In this document: positions 17,748 to 24,538 of the stretch, piece after piece
Layout: each line of letters begins with the position of its first letter
How positions within the stretch are numbered: position 1 is the first letter of the stretch
Assembly: GCA_021294815.2 (NCBI GenBank)
Contig: CP095464.1
Coordinates: 600,001-632,000, forward strand
Direction: 5' to 3'
From: Verrucomicrobiota bacterium
GTDB taxonomy: Bacteria; Verrucomicrobiota; Verrucomicrobiia; Opitutales; LL51
Length of the DNA: 32,000 nucleotides
Notes under the pieces: model-generated
Database searches by the model: none
The model's input: only the letters and a program-made list of their open reading frames with translations
Told to the model about the DNA's origin: nothing
Position numbers and translations under genes: made by a program

Positions 17748-19270
17748 ACCGATGCGTATCCAAGTATTGGAAATATGGGAGCTGGTTGGGAATTTTACTG
17801 TTCAACCTCGTGCTCGTTAGTCAAGTCGTACAGCGATCGATACAAATTTCCCAGAACCGTGAGCATTGCGCGGTGTTGACCTCGGAAATCCAACAATTGC
17901 GGCAACGACAGCCGCCGCCGACAGTGGAAAATTACCATCAGCTCCAACAAGAATTAGCACAGTGTGATCAAAAGTATGCCACAATTACGAGTAAAGTGCG
18001 AAAAATCGATTTGCCATTTCTGCCGCAATCGGAGGCGCCCAACGAAGTCGATTTCTATTTTCTGGTGATGGCTTACCGCCGATTCTTGGCGGAATGTGCC
18101 CAGAAGATGAGAGTTCTTATCCCCCAAAATTGTGCGTTTGGGTTTGAAGCGCACGCTACCAAAGAGGTTGTGCCACCCAAGGAAACTTTAGCGAAATTTA
18201 CCGAGCAATGCGCAATCGCGGCTAGAGTGTTGGTCTTGCTGTTTGGCGCTAACGATTACGGGATGGAGTTTCAAAAAATAACGCGTGAAACGTTAGCGGC
18301 AGAGGAAAACGAATCCAAAACACCAAAAGAAAAGAAGCAATTCCCGCGTTCCGAAAAGGTGAAGTCGTATCGTTTTACGCTCGAGTTTTCCAGTTATACA
18401 CGCGCCTTGCGGACATTTTTGAATCGTGTCTTGGAGTTTGGATTACCGGTGATTTGGCGCGAGATTACGATCCATGTGAATCCGACGGCGCATCCAGAGG
18501 CTGCCACTTCCGCGGATCCGGTAAGCGTAAAGCTGGTATTTGATTGGATTTTTCCGCGTCCTTACATCACAGAGTCTCAGGATTTAAATTGTACAGAGCT
18601 AAAGGCAGTACCTGAAGAAAGAGGAGAATTCTGGAGTGATCCTCCTCAGGCCCCCCGAGGTGAGGCATGGACATTTGACCTTTTTACTCCGCCAACGATT
18701 GTACTTAAAAATGACCATTATCAGGCGACATTGCCGTGGCTACCGCAACCTAAACCGGAAACAAGAGTTGTGTTTGCATGTACCGCTTTGGAGCGTCTAT
18801 TGTATCCAATTCAGCTTTTGGGTTACATAATTCCGCCCCCGGATGCATCTGGAGTATCGCGACCCCATTTCTTTTTAAAAAACGTGGAGACGCAGGAGAG
18901 TTTTCAGGCGACGTTAGGAGATACAGTAACGGCACATTCGCTTGAATTAGTGGATTTTAACGAGCGTGGCCCCGAAAATTGCCAGCAACTGAATCTTCTG
19001 GATCACGAGCTTTCACGCGAAGAAATTTTAACGCCGGAGACGAAATATGACACACAACGAGTCAAAGTAAACTTAGAGTACAGGGAAGAATTGATAGAAC
19101 CCGATGCAGACGCCCTAGAATCGGAAACGAAAACAGTTTCACTGACGCATATCGGCGAAAATTTTAAGATCGGTGACCGCCAGTACACGCTGACTTCCGT
19201 TGATGATGCGGTAAAACGTGTTACTTTAGAATGTGATGGGGAAATGATCGAGGTCGCACTAGAGAGTTAA
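17744..19270 (+). CDS. PilO-like / Amuc_1100-like membrane-anchored protein with a ~230 aa beta-rich C-terminal extension
   Basis: The ATG at 17744 overlaps the upstream stop (ATGA). It has an N-terminal TM (WLGILLFNLVLVSQVV) and a coiled coil (EIQQLRQRQ...LQQELAQ). Blocks FYFLVMAYRRFLAECAQKMRVLIPQNCAFGFE and YRFTLEFSSYTRALRTFLNRVLEFGLPVIWREITIHVN align by eye with my recollection of Akkermansia Amuc_1100. C-terminal segments (FDLFTPP, YPIQLLGYII..., FKIGDRQYTLTSVDDAVKRVTLE) are reminiscent of PilP / GspC-HR domains. Confidence 0.5.
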   Translation: MNRCVSKYWKYGSWLGILLFNLVLVSQVVQRSIQISQNREHCAVLTSEIQQLRQRQPPPTVENYHQLQQELAQCDQKYATITSKVRKIDLPFLPQSEAPNEVDFYFLVMAYRRFLAECAQKMRVLIPQNCAFGFEAHATKEVVPPKETLAKFTEQCAIAARVLVLLFGANDYGMEFQKITRETLAAEENESKTPKEKKQFPRSEKVKSYRFTLEFSSYTRALRTFLNRVLEFGLPVIWREITIHVNPTAHPEAATSADPVSVKLVFDWIFPRPYITESQDLNCTELKAVPEERGEFWSDPPQAPRGEAWTFDLFTPPTIVLKNDHYQATLPWLPQPKPETRVVFACTALERLLYPIQLLGYIIPPPDASGVSRPHFFLKNVETQESFQATLGDTVTAHSLELVDFNERGPENCQQLNLLDHELSREEILTPETKYDTQRVKVNLEYREELIEPDADALESETKTVSLTHIGENFKIGDRQYTLTSVDDAVKRVTLECDGEMIEVALES

Positions 19271-19305
19271 AGTCGTTTTTAGTCAACCATAAACTTGATT
19301 TTTTC

Positions 19306-19335
19306 TTGACAAATCCCCCGAAATTTAGCTAATAT
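19306..19335 (+). promoter_or_regulatory. Sigma-70-type promoter candidate: TTGACA-N18-TAATAT
   Basis: Perfect -35 TTGACA (19306-19311) preceded by a T-tract, and a near-consensus -10 TAATAT (19330-19335). It lies about 30 nt upstream of the ATG at 19365, which has an AGGGG Shine-Dalgarno-like element. Confidence 0.5.
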
Positions 19336-19364
19336 AATTGGGTTTGACAGGTTTAGGGGCGATC

Positions 19365-20699
19365 ATGGAGACAGAGCACAGCATCTCACGCAATTTTATG
19401 GAGCCTTCCTACGCGTATTTGATTGAGAAAAAGCGCGATGGCGAGGAGTTTACGGATGAAGAAATCCGGTTTATTACAAGTTCGATTCTCGATAAGACGA
19501 TCCCTGATCACCAACTAGCGGCACTCGCGATGGCAATTTATTTTCAAGGGATGACGCCTCAGGAAATCGCGGTCTTGACCGAGGAAATGATGTTAACGGG
19601 AGAGGTTTTCGAGTTGCCGCGTATTACCCGTCCCAAGCTCGACCGTTACGCAACGGGGGGTGTTGGTGATAAATCAGGGCTTGTTTTAATTCCCCTTGCA
19701 GCGGCTTGTGGTATTGCGGTTCCATCGATGATCGGCGAAGAGGAGGGTTTTGTGATTAGCGATCTCGATAAACTACGGTCGATTCCGGGATTTCAAGCAG
19801 AAATTCCCAACGACCAGTTCATGAAACAGCTCCAGCAGGTCGGTTGTGCAATCATCGAACAACGCCCTGAAATTACGCCCATTAACAACATTCTCTACAA
19901 AATGCGAAAAGAGACCGGGACCGTTCCGAGTATCCCGCTTCTCACGAGTGGATTGCTGAGTAAGAAGTTTTCAGAAGGTGCCGATGGACTCGTCGTCGAT
20001 GTCAAATGGGGGAATGGAGCCTATGTGCGCGATGTCGAGAGTGCAAAGCAGCTTGGGCGTATGGTGACGCGGGTCGCAAAGTCGATGAACCGTAAATGTG
20101 TGGCGTTGGTGACCGATATGAACCAGCCTTTGGGAAGTTGCGTCGGAACGGGACTTGAGATGCAAGAGGTACTGCGTCTCCTGCGTGGCGAAAGTGATCC
20201 TGATCTCGACGAACTCATTTTACGCCTCGGGATGGAAATGGTCCGTCTTGCCGGTGTTGCCGGGTCCACCTTATCGGCGAAACAAATGGTCCGGAAACAT
20301 TTAACGGATGGCGTCGCACTGGCTAAGTTGCGGCAGATGGTCGAAGCCCAGGGCGGCGACGGCAGCTATATTGACGACCCCGAAAAGTTCCCGAAAGCAA
20401 AGTACGTTAAAAAATTGCCGGCCTCTAAGCGGGGTTATGTTCATACGATCAACGCCGGAATGTTGGCCCATGGCGTCAAGATTCTCGCCCAACGACGTGA
20501 CGGCAGTATCGACCATGCGGTTGGTGTTTCTGAAATTAAAAAGATCGGCTACCAGGTGAAGCAAGGAGAAGCGCTGATGATGATTCATTATAATGATGAG
20601 ATTAATCTCGAGTCGGCCTTAGAATTTTTACGTTCGTCGTACCGCTTGGCGCCGAAACGCCCAGTGCAGAATGATCTGATTGTGGAGCGTGTCGCATGA
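19365..20699 (+). CDS. Thymidine/pyrimidine-nucleoside phosphorylase family protein with degenerate active-site loops
   Basis: Colinear with DeoA/Pdp along its whole length: LIEKKRDGEEFTDEEIRF, LAALAMAIYF, TGGVGD, SIPLLTSGLLSKK, and the PYNP_C-like end GVSEIKKIGYQVKQGEALMMIH. The glycine-rich loop SGRGLGHTGGT is replaced by IGEEEGFVISD. Start chosen at the ATG with a Shine-Dalgarno element; the ATG at 19398 is an alternative. Confidence 0.8.
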   Translation: METEHSISRNFMEPSYAYLIEKKRDGEEFTDEEIRFITSSILDKTIPDHQLAALAMAIYFQGMTPQEIAVLTEEMMLTGEVFELPRITRPKLDRYATGGVGDKSGLVLIPLAAACGIAVPSMIGEEEGFVISDLDKLRSIPGFQAEIPNDQFMKQLQQVGCAIIEQRPEITPINNILYKMRKETGTVPSIPLLTSGLLSKKFSEGADGLVVDVKWGNGAYVRDVESAKQLGRMVTRVAKSMNRKCVALVTDMNQPLGSCVGTGLEMQEVLRLLRGESDPDLDELILRLGMEMVRLAGVAGSTLSAKQMVRKHLTDGVALAKLRQMVEAQGGDGSYIDDPEKFPKAKYVKKLPASKRGYVHTINAGMLAHGVKILAQRRDGSIDHAVGVSEIKKIGYQVKQGEALMMIHYNDEINLESALEFLRSSYRLAPKRPVQNDLIVERVA

Positions 20700-21508
20700 G
20701 GACGTTGTTTGATCCGCAAAAACTACTCATCATCGCTGGTCCATGTGCGCTCGAATCGCGCGAACTGGCATTTGAAGTTGCGCACTACCTCTTGGAGATT
20801 CAAAAGGTTTGCCCGGAAGTTGAAATTATTTTCAAAACTTCATGCGATAAGGCGAACCGTTCATCGGTCCATTCGCAGCGGGGAATTGGGTTTGATCAGG
20901 GGTTACCCATCTTGTGTGAACTCAAAGAGGCGACAGGATTACCGATTATATGTGATGTCCATCTTCCTGAACATACAATGCGTGTCGCAGAAGTTTGCGA
21001 TGTTTTGCAAATTCCCGCGTTTCTCTGTCGACAGACTGATCTCTTGAGAGTAGCTGCGGAAACCGGGCGTGTGATCGCTGTTAAGAAAGGGCAATTTTTA
21101 TCACCGGAGGAGATGCGTTTCGTCTTTGAAAAACTCAAGATCTTTGGTGCTACGGAAATTTGGCCTATGGAGCGTGGGGCAACCTTCGGCTATCACAATC
21201 TCGTCGTGGATATGCGTAGTTTCCCTATTATGCGGCAGTTTTCGCCTGTTGCGATCTTTGATGCGACCCATAGCGTGCAGATTCCGGGAACAAGTGCAGG
21301 TGTAACGATGGGGCATCGTGAGTTCGTCGAGAATTTGGCTTATGCGGCGCTCAGTGCGGGTGCGAATGGACTCTTTTTTGAAGTCCATACCGATCCGGAT
21401 CATGCAATTTGCGATGCTGCGAACCAGTTGGATGTCCATAACTTTCTCGACGTTATCCGCAATTGTGTCCGCTTCTGGCTGCTTCGCCGTACGATCGAGA
21501 ACGCGTAA
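20696..21508 (+). CDS. kdsA: 3-deoxy-D-manno-octulosonate 8-phosphate synthase (Cys-type, presumably metal-dependent)
   Basis: AGPCALES (Cys where class I enzymes have Asn), KTSCDKANRSS, QIPAFLCRQTDLL, DATHSVQ and FFEVHTDPD. An ATGA overlaps the upstream stop. Confidence 0.9.
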   Translation: MRTLFDPQKLLIIAGPCALESRELAFEVAHYLLEIQKVCPEVEIIFKTSCDKANRSSVHSQRGIGFDQGLPILCELKEATGLPIICDVHLPEHTMRVAEVCDVLQIPAFLCRQTDLLRVAAETGRVIAVKKGQFLSPEEMRFVFEKLKIFGATEIWPMERGATFGYHNLVVDMRSFPIMRQFSPVAIFDATHSVQIPGTSAGVTMGHREFVENLAYAALSAGANGLFFEVHTDPDHAICDAANQLDVHNFLDVIRNCVRFWLLRRTIENA

Positions 21509-21572
21509 AATTTTTACGATCTCACTTGACGTCACTGTTTGTGGCGCTAGGAGCACTTTTTAGGGGATAGTC

Positions 21573-22808
21573 ATGAGAAAAATCGCGAAGAAAGTTTGGT
21601 GCCAGTGGAATCATTTGAGCTTGATTGTCCGGACAATCATCGGGTTAATTTCGGGAATGATCGCCGCTTTACTATTTCCAGGTGCATTTTGGATGGGCAT
21701 TTTCGGCGAACTCTTTGTTCAGGTATTAAAAGCGATTTCACCAATTCTGGTTCTCGTTTTAGTCACAAGCTCGCTGGCCAATGCGAGTGGCGGTGTAGGT
21801 CGACGTTTTACAAATGTGCTGGTCCTGTATATGCTAACGACGCTGCTGGCATCGATGATCGCGGTCGGGGCGAGTTTTCTGTTTCCCATTACTCTAGAGC
21901 TCAGCGATACGGCAAATGTAACGGCACCTCGTGGAATCGGTGGGGTCTTTGAATCGCTGATTTTAAGTGTTGTCGCGAATCCGATCGATTCGTTACTTCA
22001 TGCCAATTATATCGGTATTTTGACATGGGCCGTAATCTTTGGATTGGTGCTCAAACAAGTTGCATCGGATGTGACTAAGAGTGTAATTCGCGATCTTTCG
22101 AGTGCGGTCTCGGGAGCTGTCGCATGGATTATTAATCTTGCGCCGCTCGGAATTATGGGGCTTATTTTTACCGCTATTTCGAAGAACGGTCTGGGTGTTT
22201 TTTCGACCTACGGCTATTTACTAAGCGTTCTCGTCGGATGTATGCTTTTTATTGGACTTGTGGCAAATCCGTTGGTGGTAGGCATTTGCCTACGACGTAA
22301 TCCTTATCCATTAGTTTGGCGATGTTTGCGCGAAAGCGGTCTTACTGCATTCTTTACGCGGAGTTCTGCGGCCAATATCCCGATTAATATGGCGATTTGC
22401 GAAGAGCTCAATCTCGATCGCAATATGTATGCGATTTCGATTCCACTTGGTGCAACGGTGAACATGTGTGGTGCGGCGGTTGTGATTACGATCATGACGC
22501 TTGCGGCCGCGCATACGCTGGGGATTGCCGTTGATCTATGGTCTTCCTTTTTATTGAGTCTTATAGCATCGGTAGCGGCATGTGGTGTTTCCGGGATTGC
22601 GGGCGGCTCGCTTTTACTGGTTCCCGTTGCCTGTTCGGCGCTGGGAATACCGAACGATATCGCAATGCAGGTTGTAGGCGTTGGTTTTGTCTTGGGGATT
22701 ATTCAAGATTCCGTAGAGACCGCGATTAATTCCTCCTCCGATGTCTTATTAACCGCAACGGCTGAGTTTATGGAGTGGCGTAAGGAAGGGCGTGAAATTC
22801 GGTTTTAA
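21573..22808 (+). CDS. sstT: Serine/threonine:sodium symporter
   Basis: Near-colinear with E. coli SstT as I recall it: LKAISPILVLVLV, NPIDSLLHANYIGILTWA, RNPYPLVWRCLRESGLTAFFTRSSAANIPINMA, IPLGATVNMCGAAV and GGSLLLVP. Confidence 0.9.
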   Translation: MRKIAKKVWCQWNHLSLIVRTIIGLISGMIAALLFPGAFWMGIFGELFVQVLKAISPILVLVLVTSSLANASGGVGRRFTNVLVLYMLTTLLASMIAVGASFLFPITLELSDTANVTAPRGIGGVFESLILSVVANPIDSLLHANYIGILTWAVIFGLVLKQVASDVTKSVIRDLSSAVSGAVAWIINLAPLGIMGLIFTAISKNGLGVFSTYGYLLSVLVGCMLFIGLVANPLVVGICLRRNPYPLVWRCLRESGLTAFFTRSSAANIPINMAICEELNLDRNMYAISIPLGATVNMCGAAVVITIMTLAAAHTLGIAVDLWSSFLLSLIASVAACGVSGIAGGSLLLVPVACSALGIPNDIAMQVVGVGFVLGIIQDSVETAINSSSDVLLTATAEFMEWRKEGREIRF

Positions 22809-22853
22809 AGTTTTTATTGACAAGCGCGTGCGAGGTATTTTCTTTCCAAACTG

Positions 22854-22979
22854 ATGAAGGTAGCGTCGTCATTGAAATCGCTGAAGGGGCGTCATCCGGA
22901 TTGCAAAGTAGTGCGACGGAAGGGGCGGGTCTACGTCATTTGTAAAACGAATCCGCGTTTTAAGGCGCGCCAGGGGTAA
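22854..22979 (+). CDS. rpmJ: 50S ribosomal protein L36, type B (YkgO-like, no zinc ribbon). Not in the supplied ORF track.
   Basis: My own translation gives [41 protein letters not shown] (41 aa, stop TAA 22977-22979). It matches the YkgO-type pattern HPDC..V.RKGR.YVICK.NPRFKA.QG and lacks the CxxC...CxxxH zinc ligands. Confidence 0.85.
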   Translation: MKVASSLKSLKGRHPDCKVVRRKGRVYVICKTNPRFKARQG

Positions 22980-22984
22980 GCGTT

Positions 22985-23233
22985 ATGAAGAAGGACATTC
23001 ATCCGGCATTTCATCCAGTGTGTTTTGTAGACGTTTCGACGAAGAAGCGCTTCTTAACGATTTCGACTTTATGTTCAAAGCAGAAGGAAATTATCGAAGG
23101 GGTTGAGTACGACATCATTTATCGTGATGTGACTTCGGATTCACATCCTGCCTACACGGGAGAGAAGCGTTTTGTCGATACGGCGGGGCGCATTGAGAAG
23201 TTCCGTTCGAAGTTCAAACGGGTGCGCAAGTAA
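22985..23233 (+). CDS. rpmE2: 50S ribosomal protein L31, type B (YkgM-like, no CxxC zinc motif)
   Basis: MKKDIHP start, internal DVTSDSHPAYTGE and RIEKFRSKF. The two CxxC motifs of type A L31 are absent. Confidence 0.85.
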   Translation: MKKDIHPAFHPVCFVDVSTKKRFLTISTLCSKQKEIIEGVEYDIIYRDVTSDSHPAYTGEKRFVDTAGRIEKFRSKFKRVRK

Positions 23234-23261
23234 TTTGTTTTTTTTGTTTTCATAGGTAGAG

Positions 23262-23295
23262 GAAAGCCGGCGAAATGCCGGCTTTCTTTTGTTTT
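23262..23295 (+). terminator. Rho-independent terminator after rpmE2
   Basis: Perfect 10-bp stem GAAAGCCGGC / GCCGGCTTTC (23262-23271 and 23277-23286) with loop GAAAT, followed by TTTTGTTTT. There is no U-tract in the minus-strand orientation, so it is probably unidirectional. Confidence 0.65.
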
Positions 23296-23311
23296 CAAAT
23301 ATCAGAACGCT

Positions 23312-24499
23312 CTACTGATCGAGTGCGGCAATTCCTGGGAGTATTTTGCCCTCGAGAAATTCCAAGCTCGCACCACCGCCGGTGCTAATAAAGGTCACAT
23401 CACGACTATGACCACTCTGCTTAATCGCAGTCACGGAATCGCCGCCACCGATAATAGATACGGCATCCGATTTCGCAATCGCTTCGGCAATTGCGAATGT
23501 CCCTTGAGCGCTTTCTTTAATTTCAAAAATGCCGAGCGGGCCGTTCCAAAGAATGGTTTTAGAATCGGCAATAACCTTGGCGAAACGCGCAATACTTTGA
23601 GGGCCGATATCGATCCCTGTTTGGCCTTCTGGGATATCGAGACCAACTGTCTGTAAGTTTCCAACCGTATGGTGTTCGAAATCGATATGATCGGTCACCA
23701 CAGAATCGACGGGTAAGAGCAATTCGACGCCCTTCGTTTTTGCCTTCTCAATCGCTGCTCGAGCGACTTCGATTTTATCGGGTTCCACAAGGCTACTACC
23801 AACCGTATGGCCTTCCGCTAAGAGAAAAGTGTACGCCATTGCGCCACCGATGATCATATGGTCGGCCTTTTCTAAAAGTGAGTCAATGACGGAAATTTTA
23901 TCACTCACTTTCGCGCCACCTAAAATGACTGTAAATGGCCGCTCGGGATTTGTGACTTTATTTCCAAGAAATTGAAGTTCGTGCGCAATAAGGTTGCCCG
24001 CAACGCACGGAGAGAGGAATTTTGTAATGCCTTCAGTTGAGGCATGCGCGCGATGTGCTGTCCCAAAGGCATCGTTAACATAAGCATCTGCACACTTCGC
24101 TAATTCTTGGGCAAATGTTGGATCGTTGCCTGTTTCCTCTTTGTGAAAGCGTAAGTTTTCGAGCAACATCACAGCGCCATTTTGAAGATTTTGAGCAGCT
24201 TCTGCGACCTCAGCCCCGATACAATCCTCTAGAAATAAAACCGGTTGGTTGAGCTTTTCGGCAAGCATTTTGGCAACAGGCGCTAAAGAATATTTGGCAT
24301 TCTTTTCCCCTTTTGGACGACCAAGATGTGATGCTAGGATGACCTTAGCACCTTGCTGAATCAGCGCTTGAATAGTTGGCAACGCCGCAACAATTCGCGT
24401 GTCATCTACAACTTGCTGATGTTCATTGAGCGGTACGTTAAAATCAACGCGTACAAAAACGCGCTTCCCCGATAGATCAACGTCATGAATCGTTTTCAC
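23312..24499 (-). CDS. pgk: Phosphoglycerate kinase
   Basis: GTG start. MKTIHDVDLSGKRVFVRVDFNVPL, ASHLGRPKG, NDAFGTAHRAHAST, GGAKVSDKI, the WNGP.G.FE pattern and STGGGASLEFLEGK. Confidence 0.95.
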   Translation of the reverse strand: MKTIHDVDLSGKRVFVRVDFNVPLNEHQQVVDDTRIVAALPTIQALIQQGAKVILASHLGRPKGEKNAKYSLAPVAKMLAEKLNQPVLFLEDCIGAEVAEAAQNLQNGAVMLLENLRFHKEETGNDPTFAQELAKCADAYVNDAFGTAHRAHASTEGITKFLSPCVAGNLIAHELQFLGNKVTNPERPFTVILGGAKVSDKISVIDSLLEKADHMIIGGAMAYTFLLAEGHTVGSSLVEPDKIEVARAAIEKAKTKGVELLLPVDSVVTDHIDFEHHTVGNLQTVGLDIPEGQTGIDIGPQSIARFAKVIADSKTILWNGPLGIFEIKESAQGTFAIAEAIAKSDAVSIIGGGDSVTAIKQSGHSRDVTFISTGGGASLEFLEGKILPGIAALDQ

Positions 24500-24538
24500 G
24501 CGTCAATTCTAATAAAAAATTGTTTCTTGGGCAAGAAT

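Noticed and set aside
21527-21534. Perfect 8-bp palindrome TGACGTCA upstream of sstT, as a possible operator
   Set aside because: It does not extend beyond 8 bp. It overlaps the generic TTGACG promoter-like motif, which explains it more simply.
21101-21556. 151-aa minus-strand ORF antisense to kdsA. The same applies to 12717-13172 (antisense to nusA), 15781-16182 (rbfA), 29825-30250 (TPR gene), 469-804 and 12015-12323.
   Set aside because: All sit inside or against strongly supported genes on the opposite strand and show no family motifs. I treat them as shadow ORFs.
22809-22853. Zur operator upstream of the rpmJ-rpmE2 pair
   Set aside because: No AT-rich inverted repeat of the known Zur-box type is visible in the 45-nt region. 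I report this as an open question in the findings rather than as a feature.
24501-24506. T-tract + TTGACG (minus strand) just upstream of pgk, as a pgk promoter
   Set aside because: It lies only 1 nt from the GTG start of a canonical PGK N-terminus (MKTIHDVDL...), so it cannot serve as a -35 for this gene. It shows that the motif alone does not prove a promoter.
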